This document shows, piece by piece, positions 1 through 13,744 of a stretch of 64,000 nt of DNA (position 1 is the first letter of the stretch; each line of letters begins with the position of its first letter). The notes beneath the pieces were generated by a model. It ran no database searches, was not told the DNA's origin, and saw nothing but the letters and a program-made list of their open reading frames with translations. The DNA is from Phoronis australis (Eukaryota; Animalia; Phoronida): the NCBI GenBank assembly GCA_002633005.1, contig NMRA01000678.1, forward strand, positions 3,613 through 67,612, in the 5' to 3' direction. Position numbers and translations under genes: made by a program.

Positions 1-205
1 GCGTTTCCTATTAGCACAGGGCGGTAATCACCAATCGTCAAAAGTAGGGGATGGGCGCTTAACCGAGAGGTGGGCGCTTAATTGGAAATCTTCAAAAATA
101 GCAGGGGGGCGGTTAACCGAGCAGTGGGCTGTTAAATCGAAAATCCACCTAAAGTTGGGGTGGGCGGTTAACTGAGCATGGGCGTTAACCCGAACGATTA
201 CGGTA
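1..205. mobile_element. End of a Tc1/pogo-type MITE with short GTGGGCG(G/C)TTAA subrepeats
   Basis: Repeated tgggcg(g/c)ttaa(c/t) motifs at about 50-190 ending in TTACGGTA (CCGTA terminus plus TA on the reverse strand). The left end lies outside the window. Confidence 0.45.
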
Positions 206-1423
206 GTTACCCATACAGGGTGCGATGCCCTCCCTTAATTACAGCAGCTGACTGTGCCTCACCTGAATTCTTCTATCTTTGTATCTACCTTTGTTAAATT
301 TGTTGAAACTGCTTTGAAATGCTTACAGCCTTTCTCTTGTGTATTGTGCAAAAATCATGTTTGCTTATGAATATTAATTTTAAATTAGCGAAGTTTTCAC
401 CAAAATGCAAGAAATGTGCCCTTCATTTCCAAAATGTTTTATTTGAAGTAAGACTTCAAACACCTCAATAGTAGGCTTGTGTTAGACACCTACCATGTAG
501 CCAACGGTAAATTCTGGACAGAGCTGGTATTGGTTGTTGAAATGACAGTCCCGAGATCGATAACTGGCAAAGGTAAGGGCATACGCCGCAGCAACACCTT
601 GGATTTATCTGCATTGCTAACTAAGAGAGAACGTGCCGCGAATATCGACGAATTATTGTTTCAAACTTCTTATTATATAATTGTAATTATAAATTGTCAT
701 TTTACTTCTCTTCAAGCCCTGTGGAAGAGTTTGATGCATTTTGTTGGTCACAAAGGAAAGTTTTAATGAAAACAATTATCTGCGTTAGTGGGTCCCTCGA
801 TCGGCCAATTTCTTTGTATGGAGTATGCTGTTCGCCATGATATGTTCAGAGTAAAATAACCTGGCTGTTGAACCTAAACTTCGCTAAAATATTTAATTAT
901 TTGCTTCTAGAACAAACCTTTGGACAATGAGTCTGCTTTAGTGTGAAGTACTATAACTATAATGTCTCTTATTTGTGTTTGTTTCTATGTCCATTGCTAA
1001 GCACGAGTGCAGTGAATACAGAATGCACACAGTTCATACAAGCAGAAAGGTCACTGTCGCAGATTCGTTCATATAAAGTGTTGCCGCACACATTCGGCAT
1101 TTGAAAAAAGCCTAATTTCTATAGTGACAAAGCTTTGTTTGATTAGTCTGATATGCCTTCGCAGAAAATTGTTGGTCCTCTGATATGTTTTAAGTGTAGG
1201 CAACTGGAATCACTGCTGTAACTACTCGCTGGTGAGTACGCTCTGAAGTCAACCACAGCCTATCATAGTATGCCACGCATCAAACTTATCCTTCGAAAGA
1301 ACCATTCTCTTCTCGCAGTTTTAAGAACCAACTCTCGACGTGCGCACATCTGAAGCTGAAGTAACACTGGTGCTCTACACGTGACATTTTGTAGCGACCA
1401 ATTTTTTCCAAATCTATACTTAC

Positions 1424-1609
1424 AATTTTCAGTAGTATGTGATGGTGAAGGCAACATCCCATGATTCCTAGGAAGGCTACAATCAAGATGAAGGCACCGA
1501 CGAGGATTAACACGACCGCTGGAGTGGACACAAAGTAGTTGACCTCATCGTACGCACTACGCAAGATCTCAGCCCACACCCCAACAGCAAGCAGAATGGC
1601 ACCGATCAA
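1424..1609 (-). CDS. Tetraspanin internal exon (TM1 end, small loop, TM2), TspanC8 / TSPAN15-33-like
   Basis: Minus strand ctgcag|TTG acceptor and ATT|gtaagt donor; 186 nt, phase 0-0. Translates to LIGAILLAVGVWAEILRSAYDEVNYFVSTPAVVLILVGAFILIVAFLGIMGCCLHHHILLKI, which matches the tetraspanin N-terminal pattern. Other exons were not located. Confidence 0.85.
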
Positions 1610-2784
1610 CTGCAGAACATAAAGAGAACGCGTTAGTAAACAAGCCACTTGTAATCAAATCGGATCAGAATGGCTAAGACACTTAAAGTTTCATAGAATA
1701 CCTCTGCAAAAATGAATTACTTGTTAACAATGTTACATAACGACTTTCATTATTTTCAATTTTAAGGAATTGTAGTGTGCAATTTTGGCAATTATTTCTG
1801 TGCAGCTCACTATATCGAGCAAGTATCTACTGGATGCCTGCCACTTATCAGTCTGGTCAACTCATGCAAAGGCAATGAGGACTTGATTACATGGATCAAT
1901 AACTGCTCTGTTTTGTTATGCTTCTCTACAAAAAACACAGATGGACATCATCAACCAATTACTACATTCAAAGGATAAAGGAGGCGTGTAACAGTTTACA
2001 CAATCTCGCTTTTTGGCTAAAAGCCGATAATAAGACCAATGCAATCACGCCAGGGAACCATTGTCTACCAACTTGTGAAGGAACTGAACTATTTTTCAAC
2101 CAAAAGTTCACATGACGAAATTTTCTCTTATCGATAATCTGCAAAATTGCGAAGCAAAATTTGACAGCTAATTTCATATAATTTTGTGTTATTTTCTTTC
2201 CGTTGTTCTGCTGGGTTTCCAGAGATGAAGCCAGGCAGATTTCAATGGAAACTAAACCGCAGTCCTGTGCTTTGCACACAATGAATAGTCCAGGTTCTTC
2301 ACTGCCTGTGTACATCTAGTTTTCTGATTTTCTATATAAGACAATAACCATCTTCCTGCTCTAGTTAACAACTCAACCACCCACTTCAAAAACTCCCAAA
2401 TTTTCACTTTTAAGTGCTCATGATTCCCACCCCAAGTTCATAGCACTATGAGACTGCGTCTTTAAAAACACCTGTCATTAGTATTTTAGTTCCCAAAAAG
2501 TACGTACCTCTTTTAATTTTGAGTAGATCAGTCAATTTTAAGGAACAACACTTTAGAGAACCAGCGAATGCGACATGAAATGGTCTTCTTCGGGCTCCAT
2601 GCGTATTCTATCATTATAATTTGTGCTCCGGAACAAAAGCAAATTGTTATGAGCGGCATACTGCCAGCTCCAATTGCCAACGCATATCAGACGATATGCA
2701 CACTGCTTGAAAAGCAGAGTCACCCTAAGAGAACAATAGTGCATGAACTCTACACATAGGATGGTAAGAACTTAACTTTTGTCT

Positions 2785-4020
2785 TATTACTTGGCGAAAT
2801 AAATTTCGCCAAGTATGTTGCTCTTCCACTAAGTCTTTTTTTTGTTTTTTTTTTTTTTGTTTGTTTGTTCGCACGATACAGGTCGCAATTTTCGTCCGAT
2901 CATCACGAAATTTACACATAATACGTACTTCCGGAAGTACTAGAAGCCTATTGTTTTTCGTCAAAATCGGATCCAAGATGGCGGCTGTGGCGGCCATTTT
3001 GTTTTCATTTAAAGGTTCAAATGCTTCTGGAGGCTACAATTTTTTACGTAAAAGGCTAAGAATCAGCACAGTAAGTGGACCGGAAGTTTGCTACAAGCAT
3101 ACCGGAAATTGTTTACTTCCGATTAAAGATGGCGGAAATATCGGCGATCGCGCATGCGCACCTCAATTTTGGCCTAAAAACGTTTTCTCCTGTAGAGGGC
3201 GCATTATAAGGCCAATTCCTTTGAAGTTTTACGGATATTAGTTTTTTGTGAAATGCTATTATATCAACCCAAAAAACCGGAAGTTGCATCCAAGATGGCG
3301 GATCTTGTGCATGTTGACCTATTTTCAGTCGTACGTGGATGCTATTTAAACGGGTGAAGGAAAAGACGTGAATTTTTGCATGTGGATTGTCTAAGGTATA
3401 CTCTTTCAAATGAACTGTAACAATTTTTTTCTCAGACTTACCGTTTTCGAGTTATTTGACTTTGAATTTTTTAAAAAATAAGCAAAATTTCATTTTTTTC
3501 GAAAAATTTACAGAATTAGGCGATACCATATGTTTAGATAGAATTTTGAACGGGCTTTCTGAAGATGTTTTCCATTTTTCGCTAGGACGTCTACTTTTCG
3601 AGTTATTTGAGATTTTCTGATAATGCTGTTCCTTTGTTGAGCGCTCTTGCTGCATTGATGTTGGTATATCCTCTTTTGAACTAGACTGTAGCCTATTTCT
3701 TATTGATTTATGACATCTAAGTTAGTCATATGAATGTTGTGATGTTGTTCATCATCGCCACCACCATCATCATATTCGTCATCATCTTCGTCATCTTCGT
3801 CATCATCTCCGTCGTTGTCTTTTCCGTTATTTTCGCCAAGTGTCGCACAAGACTGTAGCCTTTTTCTTACTGATTTTGGACCTCTACGTTCGCCATGTGT
3901 ATGTTATTAATACTTCTTTTTTCACCATCGTCGTCATATTCGTCATCTTTGTCATCATCTTTATCGTCATCTTTTTGGTTAATTTCGCCAAGGTTCGCTC
4001 CTCGGAGCGCTTTCATTTGA
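2785..4020 (+). mobile_element. Helentron-associated non-autonomous element (HINE/DINE-1-like)
   Basis: 5' palindrome TTGGCGAAAT..ATTTCGCCAAG (2791-2813), T/GTTT microsatellite (about 2836-2870), (ATC/GTC)n tracts (3750-3975), 3' subterminal repeat AATTTCGCCAAG (3981-3992) followed by the hairpin CGCTC-CTCG-GAGCG. Confidence 0.7.
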
Positions 4021-5214
4021 TTCTTGCACATAAAGTCTGATGTTAATCTTATGTACCCTGGACATTAACAGGATTGAACATTCATGTTCGTGCCCACTCT
4101 TGCCTTCTCAAACATTTTGTTCTTGACATGAGAACTCCCTGATTTTGGAGTTCCCAATTTAAGCATCTTAACCTGTCCAGCAACCTGGATGACTACGGAG
4201 TGAATTTTTAAAAACTGAAGGGTTGTTAAACTTCAAAGCAAGAGAAACAAATCAGGCAGAGGAAAATTACAGGAAAATTCATTCTAGTAAAACCAGACTT
4301 GATTGACAAAGTTTGTTAGTGCGAATAAAACTAAGTCCTTACTAGTGAAAGATGGAGTCGTATAAAACCTGCACCATTCGACTGTGAGCAAATCCTATAC
4401 CTCGCTGAGCTGCAAAGATTGCTCAACCAGACCCTATCAGTGTTTTTTTCCATTGTGTCAATTTCATAATCGATGGATGCATTTAACAATTGTATGAATT
4501 CACCATTACGCTTGAAAATGAGGCATTGTGTCCAAATAATAAATGGTTCTACGTGACGGGCCGGATCATGCGTGCTTTTACGTTTGCGTTGTAAAAAGAT
4601 TGATGTTAATACGAGGAATTTTGTCCTAAACAACAATCCCCAACAATAGTTTTTTGCAGTGCCTGGCAGCCGATTCCATAAAGCAGCGCATTTCTCAATT
4701 TGGAAAGGTTCATCAAGTAGTGCTTCTGTGCTGACGAGGGACACTTAAAGTTCTTGAACTAGTCCCATAGTTTAATTGTAACATGCCGTCCTCACAATTT
4801 GGCTATGTGTCCAGACATTATTTCATTGGATCGACTAAATGTAACAACGTTAAAGAAAACTGCTGGAGTGCCACCGAAAATCCTAACATTAAAAACATTC
4901 AACTTCAGCATGAGATCACAACATGAAATTGACAGTCCACAAAATTCGGAGTTCCTGCATCTTCTGAAAGAAAGCAACAGCCAAGGTTTGGGGGATGTTT
5001 TTAGAGAATTGTATCAACAATATAGCCTGCATTTTAATTGCAAAACGGAGCACCCCCAGCAAACTATGTTGTGTCTTTCAATTGTGATAAATGCACCGCC
5101 ATATCTCAACTACACTGACATTTTTTTTACATATTTGGTTAATGTGATACATCATATTCACCAGAGTGCATGCAAACTGTTCTCATGTGAGCATAAAACG
5201 CTTAATCCGAATTG

Positions 5215-5385
5215 GTCGTCTACGCTAGGCGACCACTTAGCCGACCCAAGTGCCGACCACAGAGGCGACTCAGAAGACGGCTCCTAGCCGACCGTTGTTA
5301 GCCGGCTGCTGGTCGGCTAGACGACCGGTCGACGGCCGGTCGTCGACCAATTTCCGACCGGTCGGCCAAAAATTCGTGATGTGTG
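5215..5385. repeat. GC-rich palindromic CCGAC/GTCGG repeat cluster (MITE-like remnant)
   Basis: Dense gccgacc / ggtcggc / gtcgac motifs in both orientations within an AT-rich background. Confidence 0.45.
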
Positions 5386-5399
5386 CTGTATGCTTAATT

Positions 5400-5715
5400 T
5401 ACTTAAAAAAATATTTCAAAATCAGGTGAAATTATACTCATCAGGCCCAATTCCACCCCACTGATAAAAAATTCGTCTCCAGTTCAGAATCACTTTCACC
5501 TACACAATCCTAGCCGAATCAGTGGGGACCGGGGCTGATTGGAGATTTTCTCCTCACCCGAAAAAAATTCCCCTCTCAAAAGGCACATGCACATTTCCCC
5601 TCAGGTGAGGGAGGGCGATGAAGTCACAGGTCTCTTTTCATGAAACAGCCGGTCCCAGTGACTCACCAGTCTTCAGTTGTCAAGGCAGTTACTTTGTATG
5701 TTCTAATAGTAGTTT
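5400..5715 (+). repeat. Dispersed repeat, second copy at about 29815-30100
   Basis: aaatatttcaaaatca..ctcatcaggcc..ctccagttcagaatcactt..ctcaaaaggcacatgcac..gttactttgtatg occurs at both loci. Confidence 0.7.
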
Positions 5716-6249
5716 TTCAATTACTATTTATTTATTATCAATTTTGTTATATTATGTTTTTATTCTATTTGTATTTTGTTACTTTTATTCTTTAATTTTA
5801 ATCTTTGTTAAATTTTTCGAACCGAGTGAGTCAAAATGTGTGGAGAAATATTTGTACGCTCACAGGGCCACAGCGGCAGTGCTTGAAAAAGCCTCAACAA
5901 ACAACATATTCAAAAGAGTAAGTTACGATTTTCCGTATTTTCTTCACGAAGTCGAATAAAATATCGAAAGTGACCTCCGATTAAAAGTTAAGAAGTTTTT
6001 TTGAGATTATACCGATAAACCCATCGAAATCGGTTGTGCGCTTCAGGACACATCGGTGTGTGGAACGCGGCGCTTTCGAGCTTTACCGCACCAGGCTCCG
6101 CCGTGATGTGTTATGTAATTCCAATATCGACCATACGTCTGGAGCCTAGGTCGCACACTTGGCAACCGCTGGCATTCAAGCGCATTCCACGTGAGTACCC
6201 AGACCCCAACTGTGCTTCATTCCTTGTTCAAGGCTTAAAATAGCCTTAA

Positions 6250-7901
6250 AGTCCTTCTCTCAAACTGCCCATGTGGTTCAAGTATCTGAAAATACTTACT
6301 ACATAAATTTTTATTTTCGACACCCTTTCTTTATATTCTTTTCGCCTTTCTTGCCAAAAGCGATTTTTTAACAGTATTTGAACCTTCTCTCTGAGCGTAT
6401 GATTACCGGTTGTCATCGGTTATTTCCGTACCCACATTTCCGGCTCATCAGTTCAGGAACTTGTCCTGAACGCCGCCATTTTTTCCTTGTAACTGAATGT
6501 GCTATGGCTTGCTCGAAAAGTCGTCATTATTTTGTTTTATTAGTAATATATCGTAATTCTTTTGCATATGTAGTGTATTTATAGTTTGTAGTTAGTGGTC
6601 GTTCATTTTTTTTGGAATGTTACACGTACTTAGTATGTTAAAATAGCATTGGTGTTTAGTTCCTTACGTAGGCAGGTCGAACCTAGGAACCAATATGGGT
6701 CGAACCAATTTTTTTCGGTTTTATTTTTTTTCCTCGTTTTGAAAAAATACTTTGCTATCATCCGAAAGGTAAGTACATTCTACTCAGTAAAAATCGAAAA
6801 AGTATCAAAATCTCGGGACAAGCACTTTGTTTGGATCGCGTCGGCCATACTGGAGGACAGCGGGATGAGTTACGAGTTTAAAACTTTGTGTAAATTGTTT
6901 TCGCCAACAAATTACGGTGAAATTTAGTTAGACATATCTTTACTTACTATTCTGCACGATTTAGCAGTGTTCACCAAATTTCAGCCTCGTAGTTGTTACT
7001 CATTAAGTGATAAATGTGTTCACAATTCCCGGTGGACTTCATCTCATTTCTGGCGGCACCGACAATCGCGACTTTTGCTGAACTGAAAGGCATGTTCAGT
7101 CGGCTACTTTGTAATTTGTGAAGATTTAACGTTGATACATTTTGACAAACGTTGCTACAAAAAAGAAACTTTGTTCAATTTTCGTTTTTTTTTGTGTTTG
7201 TGGCCAGCGACCAGTTAGCGCCTAAAGGTAGCCTTGGCCCAAAGCTGTATAGGCCTGCTAACAAGCTGTATTTTGACTATAGTCTTCACTGGTAGCTGGT
7301 GACTGAGGCCTTGAACTAAGGTCTGCCGCGGCAGTGTGACACAGGGCTACTAGTAAACAGCCCGTAATTTCATGCAAGTGTCTGAAACTACCCTTGAATA
7401 TATGCAGCATTTATCATTTGACCATTTTACTTCGACAAAACAGCTTGCAACCGCATGCATTTACCGTTCACCAGTGTCTGGTCTCGATCCGCACCGGGTT
7501 CGATAGGCTGCGGTCCCGAGTCTGGCAAAATAATTTCTGTCAAAATTTATTCGCCACATTTCTTCAGCAAATTCCATAAAATTGTCCGTAGTTTGATTTT
7601 ATCAAAATTAAGGCGCGCTGTCGATTTTTTTATCCTCGTTTGCTGGCTGGTAACAGTACAGGCACTGCTCCAGTCGCACTGACGGCGTTTTCTCGGCCTG
7701 GGTTCCTGAATGAATTGTACTTCCGGGTTCGCGGCAAGTTCAAAATGGCGGTGTTTCTTCGGGTGCGAATCGTGAGTGGCGCGTTCATTTAAACTTTTTT
7801 CGAGTATGGAACGTGTATTAGTTATGGGGTAGGTACTTCGTGGATCCTTATAACATCTTCTCACCATGTAATAAGGGTTAACAACGCGTGAGAGAAGGAC
7901 T
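6250..7901 (+). mobile_element. Kolobok-type non-autonomous DNA transposon, family A copy 1
   Basis: TTAA|AGTCCTTCTCTCA ... TGAGAGAAGGACT|TTAA: terminal inverted repeats with TTAA target duplication and AG..CT termini. Two further copies occur in the window. Confidence 0.85.
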
Positions 7902-8501
7902 TTAAGTTACAGTACACGGGTACGGAAAGCCACACCACAGACAAACTTAATAATCAGCAACTCACCAACCCCAGCAGACGTGAGACAACTCATAAAATAA
8001 TGGGACCTGGGCCGCATGGCAGGTCCCTTTCCTACCCGCTCATAAAGATAACCTTTGTACCTCGCCGCTGGGTCTCCTCCCCAAACCTGACGGGGATTGT
8101 CGCATGATATCCCACTGATACTTAGGGAAGTGGTTGTTTGGAAACAGGTTCATGTGAGGAGGTGCCGCCGAATTGGCGAGGGGATTGTTTTGGGTTTGAG
8201 GGGTATTAAAATCGAATCACGTGACCCTCATGGCGGGAAGGTTGGTTTTCTGACTTGTGCGGACTCTCCCATCTAACAATAACGAAATTTATATAGTTTG
8301 AAGACAGAACCGACAGTAATTCATCTCACATGATTAGGAATAACGACCAGACCCCGACAAGTGGGAGAAAAAGAACACTAAGTCTAACCTCTAGTGAACT
8401 TGACAGGAATGAGACAAAATGTCACCAAGAAGACTCGGTCATTGAAAGATGAACTAAAAGAGGCACTCATGGACTCAGATATCTAGTCACTGTCTACAAA
8501 C

Positions 8502-9113
8502 ATGATGAAGTCCTTAATTGTCGCTGGTTTGTCTGAAATGTATAAAGCACTAGAGCTTCAGAACGATCAAAAGATGGCTGAAAAGGATAAAAAAATAACA
8601 ACACTTGAAAATCGACTCGACAAGCTGAAGCAAGAAAGTGGCTCTCAAATACACAGGCTGGAATCTGATTTGAATGAGCTTGAACAGTATAGCCGCCGAA
8701 AATGCGTTGTAATCAGCGGAATAACAGAAACCGACAAGGAATGCACAAACTACATTGTTATTGGTCTAGCAAAAAGAATTGGTGCTACCGTTGAGAAGTC
8801 TGACATATGTCGCAGACACCACCTAGGTAAAAAAATCCAAGAAAATACCAAGACGAGGTCAATTATAGTTAAATTTACGAATTACAATGCAAGAGCCGAA
8901 TTCATGAGAAATCAAAAGAAATTGAAAACTGAAGCTGGTAAGATCTACGTTAATGAGGATCTGACCAAAAAACGGTCACAGTTGTACAAGGCTTGTAGAG
9001 ACCTGGGCGCCCGGATTCAGAGTTGGTGGACATATGATGGAAGAATTTATTACAAGAACTGGGCCAATGAAATTAAACCGGTGAGCAGCATGGAAGATTT
9101 ACATGGCATCTAA
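8502..9113 (+). CDS. LINE ORF1p-like protein (coiled coil + RRM + C-terminal domain), 5' part degenerate
   Basis: LEQYSRRKCVVISGI, RSIIVKF, IYVNEDLTKKR and WTYDGRI are typical invertebrate L1/Tx1 ORF1 motifs. Confidence 0.8.
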   Translation: MMKSLIVAGLSEMYKALELQNDQKMAEKDKKITTLENRLDKLKQESGSQIHRLESDLNELEQYSRRKCVVISGITETDKECTNYIVIGLAKRIGATVEKSDICRRHHLGKKIQENTKTRSIIVKFTNYNARAEFMRNQKKLKTEAGKIYVNEDLTKKRSQLYKACRDLGARIQSWWTYDGRIYYKNWANEIKPVSSMEDLHGI

Positions 9114-10101
9114 CTCTCTCTCAGCTCAACATTATACACGCAAGCCAGAATATAATACAGTAGTGCAATAGTTTTCAACGTCTTGTATTCAGCTTTTGGT
9201 AAGATTACTCACTTTTGTACTATAGTCTGCATGAAAGACGGCTGAATTTCCTTTTCCGTTAAGTTGATTGAGTTTTGCGGTACTTCCAATGCTTCACATT
9301 AACCATTTAACCTTTAACTGCTTCTGTACTCCATGTACTATTGCCAAACTACAAGTGTAGCGTACCATAATTGTCAGGTACTTGAGACCCTGTTGAGAAA
9401 CCTCAGTACAAACGTACTTCCCGTACTTCTGGTAGCCATTACTGTGTATATGATTAGTCAATTTTTTCTTCACGTTAGCCGTTGTGCCCAACGTATCGTT
9501 TTCACACCTAATATATACCCGCTACTCAGGCTATGTCAAAGTTCGTGACAACCGTGTCGCGTAGTTTTATTGTTGTAGCTGTGTTCTATTTTGTTCTATT
9601 TTGGTCTAAGCGTCATATAGCTTCATGCTGGGCAATCTATGTGGGGGGGGGGGCTATTTATGAGAGGGCTCTGTATTGCGTGTAGCCACGGAGTGCGGGC
9701 AACTTTACTATTTTATGTGTGTGATCTGTTTGCTCAGTGCGGGCGTCCCGACAAGTTTCAAACGCATACTATAGAGCCAAATCACTTTACTGAAATGTAG
9801 TTATCCTTAAATTTCGTTCTACTTGTTTTTTGTATGAGACCGTGTGGGCAATGTTTTTAAATTTTTTTTTGATTATGGTCTCATTATGAAAAATACTGGG
9901 AGAATAAGCCTTACCATGAGGATCAGTTTTCATGTGTTTTCTATCCTATGTTACATCATATTTCACATCGATGTTGTATTCTGTCAAATCTGTGATGTGC
10001 TCGTGGATGTGTTTGTATTGTTTTTGTTTTGTTTTGTTTTGTGTGTATGTGGTGTGAATGGGTCAGGATTGTACCATTATTATTTGATTGTCATTTGATA
10101 T

Positions 10102-13100
10102 ATGTGCATAACCGTTGCAATGATGATGACAGGTGAACTTAAAGTAGGGCTGGGTCTAAATGAAAAACGAAAAGATGTACTCAATTATTTAGGAGATAAA
10201 CAATACTCCATTTATTGGCTACAGGACACACACTTTACTAAGAGACAAGAAAACAATATTAGATCAACGCGGGGATATGAATGTTTTTTTCAATTCAAAT
10301 ACCTCAAACTCACGCTTAATTATCGACAGGTTAATAACCCGAAGTCACGGATTAAGTTGATGAAGATTTGTACAGAATTGTCTATTGTTGATGTGTGGCG
10401 GGAACTAAACCCCAGTAGTAAAGAATATACTTGGAGAGCTGGAAGTAAACGATCCAAACTAGATTTTTTTGTAATTTCTGAAAACCTTTTATCTGATATT
10501 GACGACTCCGTAATAGAATTCGGTTATCGGTCTGATCATACAATGGTAACAGTTTGTTTAAAAGTGATGTTTCCAGGAGGAGAAAATCATTTTGGAAGTT
10601 TAATAATTCTCTCCTAAAAAAAGTATATTGCTGCAGTCAAGAATACTATTAAATTAGTTAAACAACAGTATATGACTGATGACATTCAGACTGTTGATAG
10701 TACAAGTAATTCAGATCTACAATTGTCTATAAATGATCAACTTCTTCTTGAAACGTTGTTCATGGAGATTCGCGGCAAAACAATTTCCTTTGCTACTTAC
10801 TTAAAAAGAAAAAGTGATAGAGTTGAACAGCAACTTATCAAAGAAATAAGCTTGTTGGAAAAAAGTCTCAGCCTTGACAGGGAACTACTGGAACAAAAAA
10901 AAAATGTACTTGCCGAGCTAAGGCAAAATAAGAAGGTGAAAAGCCTTCCAAATATTTTCTTCACTTGGAAAATAGGCATTACACAAGTAAGTTTATGCCT
11001 TTTTTGTGGAAATCTGACAATACTAAAACCAATAGTGAAGAAGAGGTTATTCAGGAAACCAAAACTTTTTTTGAAAATCTATACAAATATAGACAGTCTA
11101 ACAATACTTCTTTAGAAACTCTTCTTGATAATGTTTGTCTCCAAGCTGAATGAGACAGAAAAAGAAAAATTAGAAGGTCTTCTTACATGAAGAAGTCACA
11201 CAATGCTTGAAAAAAATTAAACACAACAAAAGCCCAGGCTCTGATGATTTTTCAGTGGAATTTTTAATTTTTTTTTGGGCTGACATTGGACATTTCGTTG
11301 TTCGCTCACTTAATACTGGTTTTGCTGTTGGCCAGTTATCCTCAACACAGAAAGAGGGGTGATCACCTGCATCCCTAAGGGAGCAGATAAAAGTAAACAT
11401 TATTTAAAAAACTGGAGACCCATATCCTTACTCAGTGTGACATATAAATCGACTTCTTCGGCAGTGGCTGAACGGTTAAAATCCGTTTTGGTAAAAGTAA
11501 TCAGTAAGGACCAGACAGGTTTCGTTTCTGGAAGAAATATAAACGAAAATATCCGAGTGCTATATGATTTAATGTTTTATTTCCAGGCAGCCAACAAACG
11601 TGGATTGCTTTTACTGATTGATTTTGAAAAAGCATTTGATTCATTGTCGTGGAATTTTATTCAAAAAACTTAATCTTTCCTTAATTTTGGTTGGTCGATC
11701 AGAAAGTGGGTGAAAGTCTTTTACAGTAATACTAGGTCCTGTGTTGTCGTAAATGGTCACCCATCTTCTTGGTTCAATATTTCGCGTGGCTGCAGACAAG
11801 GTGACCGTTTGTATCCCTACATTTTTATATTGTGCGCGGAGATTTTGGCATATTCAATCAAGAATAATAAAAATATTGCTGGTGTAGTTGCTAGGAATAA
11901 GGAATACCTGATTTCGCAATATGCGGACGACACATCAATTACGTTGGATGGGTCGAATTTGTCATTGACTACCACACTGAATGTACTACATTTGTTTGCT
12001 TGTGTCTCCGGTCTCCAAGTGAATGTGGATAGAACAAAAGCCATATGGTTTGGAAGTAAAACTGGTAGTGATGACGTCATTGATTCCTACAAAAGAAAGT
12101 CTGTCTTGGACAAAAAAATCTTTTAGATTTTTGGGGGTGGATTTTGACACTCAACTGGATAGTATGACGCATAAGAACTTCACTGCAAGAATAACTGAGA
12201 TCAAGTCTTTACTAAAAAGTTGGAGTCGACGAAATTTAACGCCGTTTGGTAGAGTAACGGTAATTAAAACATTATCTATTTATAAACTGAATTTTTTGTT
12301 GTCAAGTTTACCAAATCCACCAGTAAAAGTCTTGGGTTAATTGAATACGACATTTTTTAGATTTGTATGGCAGGCCTATAATGATAAAATTAAACGAACT
12401 ACGGCCTGTTTAGGACTTTATAAAGGGGGAATTCAAATGGTTAATATGCTTACTTTCAGCAAAGCTTTAAAACTCGCTATGTCCCGTAGATATCTTGAAA
12501 GCCCTGTGTCTAAAAGTGGTGAATTACTGTACTCACTCTACCCGTTCTTAAAGAATTTTGCTTCATTTGGAGATGACTTCATTAAGTAGAAGTTCAATCT
12601 AATTGGTAATTCCTACTGGCGCGACGTATTTGGAAGTATGTCATCTTTCTACAAGAAAATAATTGTTGCGAGTAAAGAGGATTTTTTGAATCAACCCTTG
12701 TGGTTTAATGGTAACTTGGCGATCGGAGGCACAGGTGTTTTTTATAAGCCTTGGTTTGTAAAAGGCTTAAGATTTATTAGAGATATGTATACCTCTGATG
12801 GTGATTTTGTTAGTTTAAACAATACGAGAAATAGGTTCGATGTGAAAACCAACTTTGTAGGATATAATGGTGTTGTTTCTGTTCTAAGAAAGTTTCAAAA
12901 AAGTCTATTTCAAAGTAAATTTGAAAGTGTTAATGTCTACACTCCTTGCATGCCTATAGCAATTACTCACTTACAAAAAGATTTGAAGGGTTGTAGACAT
13001 ATTTGTTCAGTCTTAAATGACGTTAAGAAACCTAAGTCAGAGTGTAAATGGGAAATAGAGCTAGGAGATAGTGTAGATTGGAAGAAAATATATGCTTTAC

Positions 13101-13560
13101 CTTACAAAATTACAAAGGATCCCCATATTAGATGGTTCCAATTTAGAATACTACACAGGATTATTGCAACAAATACCTTTTTAGTCAAAATATGTGTAAG
13201 GGATTCTGATTTAAGTTCCTTTTGTAATAAAGCTCCAGAGACGATGAAACACCTTTTTGGGGAATGTAGCTTTGTACAAGATTTCTGGAAGGAATTCGGA
13301 AAGCTACTTCAAAAGTGTTGCATTAATCTTCCCAACTGTCTGTCTTACGATAGTGTTATTCTTGGACTTTACAAGACGCATGATTTTCTATTGAACATTT
13401 TTGCTTCTACTAGCTAAACAGTACATTTACAAGGAGAGATGTCACAAAAATATACCTAATTTTCACAAGTTCGTTACAAAAACTTATGAGTACTATAATG
13501 CTGAAAAATTAATTGCATATAAAAACTTTGTGTATGACAGCTTCTCTGTGAAATGGGAAA
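10102..13560 (+). pseudogene. LINE ORF2 (AP endonuclease, reverse transcriptase, zf-RVT), frameshifted
   Basis: LQDTH, DVWRELNP..YTW, LDFFVIS, SDH (APE); KSPGSD, NWRPISLL, DFEKAFD, RGCRQGD, QYADD (RT); FQFRILHR..C..ETMKHLFGEC. Split over at least 8 ORF fragments. Confidence 0.9.
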
Positions 13561-13744
13561 ATTTTATTGTTCATGTTAACTACTGGCTGTACTTCGGGGA
13601 GCAAGTTTTCTGTTATACAGAATTTGTTAAATGCACGACACTTTTCATTGTTCACGGTCTTTATTCCGTTGCGTTCATGCTTTCTGAACAAAACTCTACT
13701 CTCAACTGAACATAGATACAGTAACTGACTTAGCGACATAATTA

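Larger units (their letters stand above)
8329..13570 (+). mobile_element. Decayed L1/Tx1-clade non-LTR retrotransposon
   Basis: ORF1-like coiled-coil/RRM ORF (8502-9113), about 1 kb spacer, then a fragmented ORF2 with APE, RT and C-terminal zinc-finger motifs. Confidence 0.9.

Noticed and set aside
4331-5287. ORFs 4331-4744 (-) and 4799-5287 (+) as further tetraspanin or other exons
   Set aside because: No tetraspanin motif and no convincing splice-site pair with a compatible phase.
7547-7867. Recurrent ORF MVRRCYKDPRSTYP... (also in 17056-17577 and 58743-59648)
   Set aside because: It recurs only because it lies in the Kolobok A repeat; no recognisable domain or splice signals.
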